Of a stretch of 64,000 nt of DNA, positions 15,180-28,188 are shown piece after piece. The stretch covers positions 27,032,001 through 27,096,000 of the forward strand of contig OX597820.1 in the NCBI GenBank assembly GCA_951406725.2, in the 5' to 3' direction. Under the pieces are notes generated by a model that was given only the letters and a program-made list of their open reading frames with translations, had not been told where the DNA came from and made no database searches. Source of the stretch: Octopus vulgaris. Lineage: Eukaryota. Position 1 is the first letter of the stretch; each line of letters starts with the position of its first letter. A program made the translations under genes and the position numbers.

Positions 15180-15475
15180 GGCGCATAGCTTAGTGGTTAG
15201 GGTCTTGCACTCACGATTGCGAAACCGTGGGTTCAATTCCCAGACTGGGCGTTGCGTTGTGTTCTTCAGCAAAGCACTTCATTTCACGTTGCTCAGCGAT
15301 CGTTTCGTCATTTCACATGTGGCACATGATGTACCTATACAGGTAATGTCGATTTGACGGCGGGAGTGAGGTTAAGTGTATATAAACATTTGATCACCAT
15401 AACGAAATCATCTGTGGGGTTGTTCGGCAAGAAATTGCCGAACCCTTATACGTCGTCTAACGACGGGAGATTCTG
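15178..15475 (+). mobile_element. tRNA-derived SINE (head H2 + module M2 + distinct tail)
   Basis: aggcgcatagcttagtggttagg (A box), gggttcaattccc (B box), gttgtgttcttcagcaaagcacttcatttcacgttgctc. Confidence 0.8.
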
Positions 15476-15492
15476 ACATGCACATATATATA

Positions 15493-15719
15493 CGGTTTTC
15501 ATAAATTATCTTAACAACTTCCACAATATATTGTATCTATTGAAGTCGCGATCCATGAATCAACATCTTTTGCAACCACTTGATCCCATGTGGAAGTGTT
15601 CTGATGTTTGGTATAAAACTTTAATTGTTTGTCTATGTTTTCCGATTAATTCTGCCGAAGTATCCTTATTTAACATTTCTCAGTTTTTCAAATTATAAAG
15701 ATAATTTATAGACACCTTG
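15493..15719. mobile_element. Tc1/mariner-type MITE (degenerate)
   Basis: ta|cggttttcataaattatcttaa matches the reverse complement of the right end, ta|caaggtgtctataaattatcttta. Both ends have TA flanks. Confidence 0.55.
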
Positions 15720-15835
15720 TATATACATATATACATACATACGTATGTATGTATGTATGTATGTATGTATGTATGTATGTATGTATGTATGTATGTATGT
15801 ATGTATGTATGTATGTATGTATGTATGTATGTATG

Positions 15836-15982
15836 TATGTATGTGTGCGCATACCTTGGTTACTTGTATTCTTCGTATTCTTATAAACATCTCATCTAAA
15901 TATATTTAGCTTTGTTCATGAATGTACAATAAACATGAACATTTTGCAGTTTGAACTATTTTCACATATGTATGTATCTGGC
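15836..15982 (+). repeat. Left copy of about 150-bp direct repeat flanking the RTE fragment
   Basis: Matches 16595-16745 with 8 substitutions and one 4-bp indel by manual alignment. Confidence 0.92.
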
Positions 15983-16594
15983 AGTCGTCATCACCTCTCT
16001 GCTCCACGGCTGTGGGACGTGGAAGCTATATAGGAGGCAAATGCGAGTACTTAAACCAGTTCCACCTCCGCTGCTTGAAACGAATCATGGGAATTTCCTG
16101 GGAGGACTGAGTCTCCAACACTGAGGTGCTTCGCAGAGCCGAAATGCCCGGAATCGCGAGCTCTCCTCGTGAAATTCCAGCTTCGGTGGGTCGGACATGT
16201 AGTCCGAATGGACGATGCGCGTCTACCAAAGATAACCTTCTTCTCTGAGCTGGCTTCTGGAGCAAGAAACCCTGGAAGGTCACTGAGGCGAAACAAGGAC
16301 AGTCTGACGACTTCGCTTGAGGCCTGCAGCATTTCAGCCCGTGGCTGGGAATCGCTTGCTTCTGACCGCGGCGCCTGGCATCCAGCTTCCAAAAGGGTAT
16401 TAGGCTGTTCGAGGAAAAGCGCCTCAAGAGCCTGAACCAGAAGCGACAAGCCCGCAAAGAGAGGATCCCCAACCCTATTTGTTCTGTTACGTGCCCAACA
16501 TGTGGCCGCGTCTGCGCGTCTGCCTTTGGGTTCCGTTCCCACCTCCAAGCGTCTCTGACGTCATTGTCGAATCCAGACAGATTTCCTGTATTAT
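15983..16594 (+). mobile_element. RTE-clade (BovB-like) LINE, 5'-truncated 3' fragment
   Basis: Frameshifted translation AVVITSLLHGCGTW..NQFHLRCLKRIMGISWED*VSNTEVLRRA..QLRWVGHVVRMDDARLPK..WESLASDRGAW..CPTCGRVCASAFGFRSHL is typical of the RTE C-terminus. It has a short (tat)n tail. Confidence 0.92.
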
Positions 16595-16745
16595 TATGTA
16601 TGTGTGCGCATACCTTCGTGACTTGTATTATTTCTTCGTATTCTTATAAACACCTCATCTAAATACATTTAGCTTGGTTCATGAATGTACAATAAAAATG
16701 AACATTTTGCAGTTTGAACTATTTTCACATATGTATACATCTGGC
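16595..16745 (+). repeat. Right copy of about 150-bp direct repeat flanking the RTE fragment
   Basis: See 15836-15982. Confidence 0.92.
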
Positions 16746-17059
16746 TACGGGCGTAAATTAAATGGAATTTGTCATGCTGCCACCCACACATTACGCACGT
16801 GTACTTGTGCGTATATACATATGAATGTCGGTTATATTTCATTGTGTGTGAAAGTGTGTATATGTGTGTATAAAGTTACTAAATCTAATTATTTTTCTGG
16901 CTATACTGTAGGTGAGTTACCGTAACCGGTTTATAATTAAACACCGAATAAAATAAATAATTAATGTATATTTAACATTAAGTTGTTTTTCGTGGACATA
17001 TCCAACCGCATAAACTACTTTATATACACATAAACATAACAGATTCATTAAATAAAGTA

Positions 17060-17663
17060 TGCCATTCTTCTGACAGCTTACGAGGAGGCTACCATGTGCA
17101 CAATACAAGTTTACGAGTGGTTTTCTCGCTTTAGGAATGGTCACTTGTCGCTTGAAAACGAACCTCGTTCAGGGTGACCGTCTACCTCCCTAACGAATGA
17201 AAACATCATGAAAATTCATGAACTGATCTTAGAGGGCCCTCATCAAACACTTGACGAACTTGTTGATATGACTGGTGTGTACTGGAATTCCTGCCAACTA
17301 ATTTTGAGCGAGGAATTGCTAATGAAAAGAGTTGCAGCAAAATTTTTGCCTCGCTTGCTCACAGAAGATCAAAAGCAGTCACAGTTGGAAATTGATCCGG
17401 ACCTTTCTCCGAAGGTCAGCAGTGGTGACAAAAGCTGGTGCTACGGAATATGCAGATGTGGAAGAGGTGAAGAAAAAAGTAACAGAGGCGTTGAAAGGCA
17501 TCATTTCGCAAGAGTTCCAGCATTGCTTCGAACAGTGTAAATCGCGTCTGGACCGATGCATTACTTCAGAAGGAGAAAACTTTGAAGGCGATAGAAGTGT
17601 AAACATGTAAAACTAAGTCAATAAAAAATTATAGTAAAATTCCACTTTCTTTTGGGTAACCCC
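17060..17663 (+). pseudogene. Internally deleted mariner transposase relic
   Basis: AYEE..VYEWFSRFRNGHLSLENEPRSG*PSTS..ILSEELLMKRVAAKFLPRLLT..SGDKSWCYG is fused directly to the C-terminal YADVEEVKKKVTEALKGI..FQHCFEQ..RLDRCITSEGENFEGD. The catalytic core is missing. A TIR-like ttttgggtaacccc|ta closes the right end. Confidence 0.88.
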
Positions 17664-17670
17664 TATATGC

Positions 17671-17701
<31 letters not shown>

Positions 17702-17744
17702 TGTGTGTTTTGTGTGTTGTGCGTGTGTGTGTATGTGTGTGTAT

Positions 17745-17918
17745 TTGTGTTTGATCTTCTCACCATGGCTTGAAAAACAGTGCTGGATTGCTTACGACCG
17801 CATAACCTAGCAGTTTGTCAAAAGACATCGATATAATAAGTACCAGACATTGAAAAAATACTAGAGTCAATTTGTTCCACTACATCCTTCAAGTCGGTAC
17901 AAGCTAAAGATAAAAGAT
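17745..17918 (+). mobile_element. SINE family A 3' half, degenerate
   Basis: gcttgaaaaacagtgctgg..taacctagcagttt..aaaagacatcgata..aagtacc..aaagataaaaga. Confidence 0.65.
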
Positions 17919-18419
17919 GCTGATCTCTGTAGAAATGTTAGAGAACTTGACTATATTGTTTCGTTTTACTATGTCAAGTAATTGGCTTATATCCCAATAT
18001 TTTCACCCACTTTTCTTCCTTTCCTTACTCTGAGCTCATAAAGTAAGTACCAATAATGCAATTGTGTTGATTCAATGATCTGTACACCTAAACTACAATT
18101 TTTCGTCTCATAGTCAAAGAAGAGATATAGTGGAAAGTTAATACAAGGATGATGTAATTTCAATAACGTCAAGTCACCAGAATAAATACATTAGGTATGG
18201 TGCGGCGTGGTCCTGCACGCACGCCGGAGTCCCGCGAGCACGAAAGCGCGGAGCTCTCGGCGAAATGCAGGCGGTGCACGACAGCGCGGCGGAGAGGCGG
18301 AAATAATTTAATTACTGGTCCTAATTTCAAATTCTGTTGGTAAAAATCTTTGCCTTTAATTAGTACTGAATTGATGAAAATATTACCAGTAAATGAAAAT
18401 AATTACCAGTTATTTATAG

Positions 18420-18830
18420 GTGTAGACATGTCTGTGGTTTCGCGTTCAGTTCCCCAGTGCAGTGCGTTGGACGAGTGGTTTCTACTATTGCCTTAAGTCG
18501 ACCAATGACTTGTAAGTGAATTTGAAAGCCCATCCTATGTGTATGTGTGTGTGTTTGTGTGTGTGTGTCTGTGTGTGCATGCGTGTGTATGCGTGTATAT
18601 GTGTGTATGTGTCTTTGTATCTTTCTTTGTCCCCACCACTACTTGACAAGCAGTGTTGGTATGTTTACGTCCCCGAAACTAAGCGGCTGTGCAAAAGAGG
18701 TCGCTATAATAATTATCAGACTTGGAACGAAAAATAAATACTGGGCCAGACTAAAACTCTTGAAGTCGATGCCCCAGCATGACCACGATCGTCCAATGAT
18801 TGAAGCAAGTGAAAGAAGATGAAGGAAAAG
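18420..18830 (+). mobile_element. SINE family A, old degenerate copy
   Basis: gttcagttccc..ttctactattgcc..tttacgtccccgaaactaagcgg..ccagcatgacc. Confidence 0.75.
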
Positions 18831-19379
18831 AAGAATACACAGGTTTGAATTCCAGTGAAAATTCCAATCGTTTGCAAAATTATTTCTTGTGTGTTAGAAA
18901 CAAAACTATGATATATAATGATAATCTTCGAACAAATACACATGTCATGAAATGGAGGTTTCAGATGTACAACCCGCTTGTATCAGTAGTTGTCGAATTA
19001 TTCTTTAGAAGATAAATCCCGAAAGTCTATCACAGACGACCAGATATTCCTCTCGGGAATTATTCTAGTAAATCTGTTTGTTTTTGTGATTAGCTTGTTT
19101 TCACTTGATCTAAAACTATACAAACTATACAAACACAAAATCCTCAAAGAGAATTTGATTGTTGATCATTCCAGACGTACAAGAATAGCTTAAGGCAATG
19201 CTGAGAAAATCTTTCATAATCAATAAGCAGAACATTCCAAAGAGTTTATGGAACTAACGTTGTCAGAAACTTCCAAACCAAGGAAGATTGGAATTTTTCC
19301 CTTTCCTTTTCATTTCTTTTTACCTTAATCCATTCTCTATTTTCCTGTCATCGACTTTTTTCTTGTCTTTTATCTTCAA

Positions 19380-19775
19380 CTTGTTTTAGTTATTATCTTA
19401 CCGTCTTGGCGGGTTTAGTCGGACAGTTCGACCTCAGTGCATTTTATTTACAGTATGGTACTTAAACTATCGGGGTCTTTTGCTGAACAACTAAGTTACA
19501 GGGACGCAAACTAACCAACAACGGTTATAAAGCGGTGAGGGAAGGAACGAACACAAAAACATAAACACATATACAGGAATACACACACACGTACACACAC
19601 GCTCACGCACATATATACGACAGCTCCATATATTGTCCGCCAACCAAATTCACTCGTAAGGCATTGGCCGGTCCGGAGCTAAAGTAGAAGACAGTAAAGT
19701 AAAGGTGTTGCGAAGTGGAACTGAATGTCAAACCTTGTGGCTGCAAACCGAACACCTGAACCACACAGCTTACCT
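19380..19775 (-). mobile_element. SINE family A, old degenerate copy
   Basis: ctaagttacagggacgcaaac..ccaaattcactcgtaaggc..tagaagaca..gtggaactgaa..ccacacagc. Confidence 0.7.
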
Positions 19776-20369
19776 ACACTAATAAGATCTTCCATTTTAC
19801 TTAAGAATGTACAGTACAACCTCCTATGATGAATATTTCTTTTATGCTTCGCAAAAATCATACCGTATTTCAAGGGAAAGAGCAACTGTGATACTGTTAC
19901 GTTTCGTGTCATTTCCAATGCCAACGGTAGAATAATTACCATCAGCTGGCCTACGAATATCTACAGCTGTGTTCACGCTTTTGTAATTAATCGACGCTGG
20001 CCTTTGGTATAGGAATATCTTTTGCCTGCATGCCTAGGAAGCCTTATAAGGATTATGGGTAACTCCTTTTGCTATTAAAACAAAATGAACTGTAATGAAT
20101 TATCCTAAGATTTAAACTGTATCGCAGTCTCAGTAAATGTAAGATTATCTCTGGCTGGATTGGTTAAAAGCACAGATAAAATAAACATTGGAGATGCTTT
20201 CCTCTTGAAGAAATTGCAGGAACTACTCAGAGATATAGCAAACACTTCCTGTGAATCACCACAATATCGGAAACATTTATGTATCATCAGAAGGTGTGTC
20301 AGGGTCGCAAACGCTTTACGTCTTATCCTTTACGCCTCCCCTGTGTGGAGCAGCGTGGACTGAAATTGA

Positions 20370-20530
20370 TTTCGCTCGCAGATAAGTTCCACCTGCTGTC
20401 TCTTGTCAACCACAACTTCCCTGAGCTGGTTTTAGCTGCTGCACATATTCTTGGAGGTTTTCTTCAATTGTCTGGCTTCCAGATCAGTCTTCTGCAGGAA
20501 ATCGCCGATGATGTTTGCCAACATACGATA
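20370..20530 (-). mobile_element. Possible 3' remnant of an RLE-type (HERO-like) non-LTR retrotransposon
   Basis: Minus frames give IGDFLQKTDLEARQLKKTSKNM and AAAKTSSGKLWLTRD, resembling the ..AAExxSxWLWxxR terminus of RLE LINEs. It needs a frameshift and rests on recalled similarity only. Confidence 0.35.
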
Positions 20531-21663
20531 GATTTATAGAATTATGGGAAAAAAAGGTGGTGTGACATTCATGACTCTCTGAAGGGCATTTGTGAAGCAC
20601 GTGAAGCGGAATGGTTACATCAATAATCGAAATAAAGAATTGAAACTGATGGCAGTAAATAAGACTTCAATATTTAGATTGATCAAAGCAATTTCTGCTA
20701 ATTGGGAACGTAAACAGGATTAATTTGACTGGGAATGAGTCTGAGCTCTAAATCCCAATAAAAAAATCTATAAAACCAAAAGTAAAAAGTACATAAAAAA
20801 GCACAAGAAAATTACTGTATATATAACCATAAATACGGAGAAACATCAAATGGGAGATTTTTATACAGAAGATCAATAACCAAAGGCAAAAGCAAGAAGC
20901 AGAACTAAGAAATTTGAAGCCCCGCATTGACTGATTTTATCGGAAGATACGTCATACAAATTAACTATTAGATGAGCAGATTTGCTTGTTGAGTCAGTTG
21001 AAGCATTTCAGTTAGGTTTGTATCCAGTTTTACGGGAAATTCGTTCAGCACATTCCTTCGGTGAGGGCGAGTGTGATAAACGGCACTATATTTAAACCTT
21101 AAGAGAGCAGGAAATTTCCTGGGTAAAATCGGATTTGTTTACAACTAACGGAGGAAGCTACTTTTGCTTCCAATATCAGTTAGTGTTCTGTATTGCGGTT
21201 TGGATAATTCACTTCTGGAAACATGGGTGGTTCGTTCATCAACTTTAAACAACCCTTATTCATGGACCTTTTGAGTGGGATGGGCTACTCGACCTGAAGA
21301 AAATTCGAACTGGGCCACACCTGCTACGTCATGCGCAGTTAATCTTGATATGAAGTCACCATGTCACGTATAGGTAGTTGTGATGCATGTGCCTGGTGTA
21401 CCCTTCTCAGACGAGTAGTCATGAAGTGTATATCAGACTTCGCATATTTGTATGCTACCGTCACTTTGATGGCATGTACTGCTCTCTCAGTCAATTATAA
21501 TAATTATAATAATAATAATGAATTTTTTATGGTTCGTAATTTACGCATGTGATTCTTCTTAACAAATTTCAGATTCTGTTGGAGACTCTTGGAAAGGTTA
21601 TGAGCGATGCCTTTTTCCAAACTAAATTCAGAGATATACTTTGCATTGTAATTTTATTTTATA

Positions 21664-22054
21664 CTAGCAGTATCGCCTGGCATTGCTCGGGTTCGTTTCG
21701 ACCCTTTAGAATTGGGATTTTTGAAAAGTAAAAAAATTGCATTATATAGCTTGTTATTCTCTTTAAGTGAACATTTTTCTTGTTGAAATACACCGAAAAA
21801 TGGCAACACAGCAGTCAAAAAATCGTAGAAAATAGGGATTTTCATAGAAATAAAGCACCTTTTCGAAGTAAATAATTTTGGTGTTAACACGATCCGATTT
21901 GAATTTTTTCTTCTACGGAAGGAAGAGCAAGCCTTCTTCTATCATACTCTCAATTTTGGTCAACTTGCGCCGCAGGGTCTCGGAGGCGATAGTGTTAGTT
22001 GAAGGCTGCTAAACGTGCCATACACAGCCAACTTCAGCTTTATATATAGAGAGA
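21664..22054 (-). mobile_element. Non-autonomous Helitron
   Basis: On the minus strand: A|TCTCTCTATATATAAAG.. 5' end, a degenerate GC-rich hairpin (cccgagcaatgccaggcg) just upstream of the 3' CTAG|T, an A|T insertion site, and no TSD. Confidence 0.8.
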
Positions 22055-23108
22055 TATGATAACAATTTGTTTTCGAATGCTAAGGTATAGAGTAATCGAT
22101 TTAGCGCGGGTTGGTTTATTCTTATTACTGATGATTGTTATCTTCAGTAAAATTCAAAAATGTCCTAGGCTCTTAAATGTGCACATTTTTTTTTTTGCAT
22201 TAACACAGCTTAAACCTCCAAGCACTACAGAGAGTGTTACAAAATTGATGACTGTTTCGTTAATGTCCTGAGCTCAACACATTTTCATAAACCAAACATC
22301 TTAGTTACTGAGGTGCTGCATTGATGAAAAGTACTGTGAAAGGTCAATATTTACTATGCTGTGTCTATGCAAAGACGTTTGAATCTCAATGGACAAGTTC
22401 ACATAAATATATAAGGTGGCATGGGAAGATAGCGCTCCAGGCAGCTGCTTCAGGTTTTGTTTTGTTGTGTCCCATGAGAAAAATCAATTCGACTAAAATC
22501 AGATATTCAGATCATACTACAGTGAAGTCTAGGGACTCTGACGTCATTACTCTTTAGTCTATACGATAGAGACAAATCGAGAAATCAACGATTTTCGAGC
22601 AAGATTATTATTGATAAAATGGTGTTATGCGTAATTAAAAGGAAATAATTGTTTTTCATTCCTCGCCCCCAAGCATTATATATAATTTATCTTCGTTTCT
22701 GTTGTTATTCTTGTTGTTGCAGTAGCTAATATTGTTGTTGTTTAGCACCGAGTCAGTTCTAATCAAGCAAATCTATAAATACCAGATAAAACAACCGCGA
22801 CCATACCACCATTTTCCTGTATACGAAGAACCCTATACTAGACAGATTAGCCATCGTGTCCTTTTCTAAGGTAGTAGTTGAAATGATCTGAGAGAGAGAT
22901 TTGACTGTTATTTCTTGCAGTTCGATTGTTCATGCAAAGGCTTCCTGTGATATAAGAAGCTAATAATAAGAATATATAGACGTGCAAATGCACAATTTAG
23001 AAATAATCTAAATTTCTGTACCGACGTATGGATGGGTGGTTGATTAGGTTTAAAAAAAGTAATATTCTCTGGATTATCAATAAACTTCGTATTTTGAGAA
23101 ATGGTGCA

Positions 23109-23158
<50 letters not shown>

Positions 23159-23159
23159 C

Positions 23160-23282
<123 letters not shown>

Positions 23283-23666
23283 ATATATGTACATATATAT
23301 ATATATGTTTAGATATATGCATACATACAAGCATTTATACATATAGGCACACACATATTGCCATACAATATATGTATAGTGATTAGAAGAACAGTGCAGA
23401 ACGCCATATCGCCATTGTACTTCGCTGTTGTAATTTATTTAAGCTAATGTTTTTTTTTTTGCTTTATAATATACAAAATAATCAAATTTTAAAATATAAA
23501 AATAAAACTGAACCAAAACTCAATTAACTAGTGGAGGGAATAATTATGATTGTGTAAATATATCAATTCATCTTAAAACACGACTCTGAGATTGCATATA
23601 AAATGAAGCAGCTGTTATTCGTGTGTTTGTATGTGTGTGTGTTTGTGTGCATGTATGTATCAATCA

Positions 23667-23704
<38 letters not shown>

Positions 23705-23705
23705 A

Positions 23706-23761
<56 letters not shown>

Positions 23762-23964
23762 AGTTGCCACGGCAAGGGAACATAACAGTTGTGTTGAAAC
23801 TTTTGTAGTAATTGCTCTGACCTATTTCTACTTGAAGATATGACTGCAGGAAGCATACTCGTGGTTGACTTCTGCACGAAAACCAAACAGTTGCGATAGT
23901 GCTGAAACACTAAATGTCGTGTAAAAATATTTTGCTTTATAAATCAATATTACAACTGAAGCAA

Positions 23965-24375
23965 AGGCGGCGAACTAGGAGCATCGTTACTGTGCCGGAC
24001 GAAATGCTTAGCGGCACTTCTTCGGACTTTACGTTCTGTATTCAAATACCACCAGGGTTCATAAAATAAGCACCTGCGGAGTAGTGTGCACGATGTAATC
24101 CAATTAAATTCTCCCCCAGAACAGCTGGACTAGTGCCTAAAATTTGAAACAGATATTACAATCCAAGAAAAGAGGGCGAAGTCGCAGAATTGTTTAGCGG
24201 CTTTTCTTCCGACTTTACGGTCTAGGTTCAAATGCCGCTGGGGTCGACTTTGCTTTTCACTCTTTCGGAGTCGATAAAATAAATAACAGTTGTGTAATGG
24301 GGTCGATGTAATCGACTATCTCCTCTTCGAATTTACTGGCTATGAGCCAGTAGATTTTAAACCAATATTACAATC
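23965..24375 (+). mobile_element. Two tandem SINE family B copies (about 23965-24155 and 24170-24375)
   Basis: Two repeats of aaggcggcga..tttacg.tct..ttcaaat..ataaaataa..cgatgtaatc..aaatttgaaac. Confidence 0.8.
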
Positions 24376-24451
24376 GAATTACGGTGAGAAAAAAATACAT
24401 ACTAGCTTAATGATTATTATAATTAATTTTAATGATGAAAAGGTATATATA

Positions 24452-24496
<45 letters not shown>

Positions 24497-24507
24497 TTCT
24501 CTCTCTC

Positions 24508-24716
24508 TCTTACTTGTTTCAGTCATTTGACTGTGGCCATGCTGGAGCACCGCCTTTAGTCGAGCAAATCGATCCCAGGACTTATATTTTGGAAGCCTAG
24601 TACTTATTCTATCGGTTTCTTTTGCCGAACCACTAAGCTACAGGGACATAAACACACCATCATCGGTCATCAAGCGATGCTGGGAGGAACGAACACAGAG
24701 ACGCAAACATACACAC

Positions 24717-24747
<31 letters not shown>

Positions 24748-24887
24748 TATACATATATACGACGAGCTTCTTTCAGTTTCCGTCAACCAAATCCACTCAC
24801 AAGGCTTTGGTCGGCCCGAGGCTATAGTAAAAGACACTTGCCGGAACCATGTGGCTGGTAAGCATGCTACTTACCACACAGCCACTA
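24508..24887 (-). mobile_element. SINE family A with a small internal deletion
   Basis: Reverse complement of the family A consensus. gacacttg is joined directly to ccggaacc. Confidence 0.92.
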
Positions 24888-26267
24888 CGTATAAATATAT
24901 GTATGTGCGTGTGTGTGTATACATCACACATGTTTGTATGTATACGTGTATGTGTGTATTTATATGTTATGCAACTTTACAGCGCTGATTTGAAAGGATT
25001 CAAAGTTTGCAATAACATACAGGAAACAGAGGCATGACTGGATAATTAGTTTAGTTAAAATAAACGAACGTGTAGCCAGATACTAGCTTCTTCTTCGCCC
25101 GCCTTCTCTACCTCTTCCTTTCTTTCTCTCTCTCTCCCTCTCTCTCTCTATCGCTTGCTCACTCTTTCCACACCAACACTTAGATTATAGCTTAGGAATT
25201 TGCGAACTAGTTGTAATAAAGTTATACGGTATGTTAGTAACAAGAAGTAAGAGAAAGCCGCTTTTACTGAAGTAGTAATGAACGTAGGGAAAAAAAATCT
25301 ACTCTTCCAAGCTATTCAAAGTATTAACGTAAGAACGCTGGAAAATGTACAACAGCTTCAAATACTAATTGGCTTAGAGGACAAGCTAAGATTTCCTGTC
25401 AAACAACAACCTTGTTTTCTCTATTTTATTAACGAAGAACCAAAAGAAAGTCAGATCAAGCGAGAGAAAATCCCGGCTACTTTATTTTGTGTTTACGTTT
25501 TTGTGTTATTCTCACGCAAATCTTATCGACAGAAATTTCAAAATGATTTTAATAAAAGCAGGCAAAAATGCGAAAACATAATAAATTTCAGAACTTATTG
25601 ATAAACCTAGAAACTGCCACCTCCACAAAAATTAAGTACATCATATAAATAAAGAAGCGAAAAAACTAAAAAGAAAAAACAGTCAGTGAATCCATCTTTA
25701 ATCTTACGACTGACAGAAATAATGTCAAGCAAATATATTTAAAGACAAATTTGTGTTCAATATATTTCAAAGGATCGATTTAGAAAATGGTAAAATACTT
25801 TACGATCATGAATCAACATGGAAAATTTATTATCTTTCTTTTTAGTTTTCAGTTATCATGAGAAATATGTATTAAAAATGCATTATTGACTAAAAAAACA
25901 ACAACGACAAAAAAACCTCCCACATCGATTAGCTATAAAGATTCACTGTAAATCTTTTTAAAAATATGTGTTGGGAACCAGCAGCAAGATATTTGATAGT
26001 TTTAGGTGTGTTTTGATCACAAAAGTACAACAACTTGCTCAAGGACAGAGTATTGTGTCCTTGAATAATGCGCATCATTCCACGTTGCTCCAGTTTTCTT
26101 GGATGGAAATGAGTACCAGATCTGTCAACCGCAAATGAAGAGCATAAGGACTTAGAGGCAGTTCCACTTTCGCAGCAAAGTTGGATCCCGGGCAAGTCAA
26201 TGCACGGGGCCCTATGATACTTATTTACCTATTTATTGACAATAAGCCACAGAATATATAGAGCATA

Positions 26268-26783
26268 CCGTAAATCCTCGAGTATAGTCCGCCCTTGGGT
26301 ATAATACGCATGGGATTTTTAGGGGGCTGTACTTATGAAAAACCTAAACCTTGTGTATAATACGCACCCCTTCTCTAACTTGAGTCAAAGAGGTCTACAT
26401 AACGTCCTTGGTTTGTAAAAAAATATACGGTAACGTCCTTTATTATTATTGTATATATATATAACATAATGTAACCGTGTAGCTTTTTTGTGCATTTTGT
26501 TTGCAGAAAATAAAGAAATAACAGTAATAACGTCTAATAAATGTTGCTTACTGCAAGTTATGGATGATTCTTTTATGATTTCATTGCTTTCAGGCATAGC
26601 TTAAGGTATTTTCGTGCCCGTCATCACAAAATGCGTTTGAATAAATATTGCCGGACAGCAAATAGAGACTTGGACATTGCTTAGAAAATATTTTTCATTT
26701 TTAACCTCGTATATAGTACGCACTAGGGATTTTGACCTTAAAATTTTTGGGAAAAAATGCGGATTATACTCGAGGATTTACGG
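26268..26783. mobile_element. pogo/Tc2-like MITE
   Basis: TA|ccgtaaatcctcgagtatagtccgc ... gcggattatactcgaggatttacgg|TA gives a 25-bp TIR with 1 mismatch. Subterminal gtataatacgca repeats are present. Confidence 0.92.
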
Positions 26784-27124
26784 TAATCAGACTCCTAGAT
26801 CTCTTAGGATCCTGGGTAACTACCCACCGTGCCCATATTATAAGACGGTCCAGCCAAGAGGGAGTGTCTACGTCCGCTGGCGACTATACAGGTACCAAAA
26901 ACAATTAGAGAAAGCAAAGTACATGATACTGGGCCATACTCACCTTTGATTGACAGCTATACCTAGTGCAGTTCTTTGATCTTTTTTATGTATACTGTGA
27001 CCCATGATGAAAATAATATTATCTAAGGGAGAGTGTGTAATCAATTAAATCGATCCTGGTACATGAGTGGTACTTGTTTCATCGATAAAGCATAAATTGT
27101 CTGATTGATAGCACATCTATGACC

Positions 27125-27420
27125 AAGTGGCTGCGTGGTAAGAAGCTTGCTTCCCAACCCCATGGTTCCGTGTTCAGTTCCACTGTATGGCACATTGGGC
27201 AGGGGTCTTCTACTATAGTCTCGAGCCGGCCAAAGCGTTATGTATAGATTTAATAGACGGAATCATATATATATGTATACATATATATATATGTATGTAT
27301 CTATGTATATATGTGTCTTTGCGTCTATATTTGTTTGTCTTTGTCCCCCACCACCGATTGACAACCGGTGTTGTTATGTTTATGTCCCCGTAACTTGGTG
27401 GTTCGACGGAAATAAAATAA
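27125..27420 (+). mobile_element. SINE family A, 3' truncated
   Basis: gtggctgcgtggtaagaagcttgc..ttgacaaccggtg..tccccgtaactt. Confidence 0.85.
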
Positions 27421-27618
27421 CCGTTATAATCCGTCTTTCCTTTTAAGCGGCGGGATCAAGAGCATAGTCACCTCCTCAGCCCTGATTACATTGTAAATTG
27501 TAACATTGCTATGTTTAGACGACAGTGTGCAATAAGAGGGAGTTTTAGCTAATATTTCTTTTGCGAATACTGCTATTACGAAGAGGGTTCATCGATGACT
27601 TGAAAGGTGGGGGTATTA

Positions 27619-28188
27619 TTGGGTTGTCCGGAAAGTTAGTGGTGATTATAAAGTTAGTAGCTTACCTTTCGACTTATTTTAGAACATGGTTGAGTCCATA
27701 AAATAGGATTTGACTACACCTCCATTTAGAGCACAGTTTAAGCTCTCTTTTCGTGGAAGAAGGTTTATATTCCTATAACCTGTGTTAATTCTGTAACCCT
27801 TTAAAATGGAAGATAAGAAAGTTCATTTGCGGCACTTGATGCTTTTGGAACTAGACAAAAATTGCTGCAGCTCGGCTGGGATGTGTTACCCCACCCTCCA
27901 TATTCACCAGATATTGCTCCTTCGGATTTCCACTTATTCAGGTCTCAGTAGAATAGTCTTAATGGTAAAAATTTCAATTCCTTGGATGACATAAAAGATA
28001 CCTTGATGAATTCTTTGCAATGAAAACCTCTCAATTCTTGGGAGTGAGTATTTTCAAGTTAAAGGAAAGATGGAGACGCATTGTGCAACAAAATGGTTCA
28101 TATTTGGTTGAGTAAAAATGTAATGGCAAGTATTTATTGACCTTTTTCCTTCCTTTAAAAATCGGCAAGAACTTTCCGGACAACCCAA
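27619..28188 (+). mobile_element. Internally deleted mariner element with both TIRs
   Basis: TA|ttgggttgtccggaaagtt ... aactttccggacaacccaa|TA. N-terminal MEDKKVHLRHLMLL is fused to C-terminal LGWDVLPHPPYSPDIAPSDFHLFRS..RWRRIVQQNGSY, which carries the mariner YSPDLAP motif. Confidence 0.93.

Noticed and set aside
16026-16548. Minus-strand ORFs of 148 and 165 aa
   Set aside because: They are antisense shadows of the GC-rich RTE fragment.
21290-21315. ctgaagaaaattcgaac as a hammerhead core
   Set aside because: No supporting stems I, II or III.
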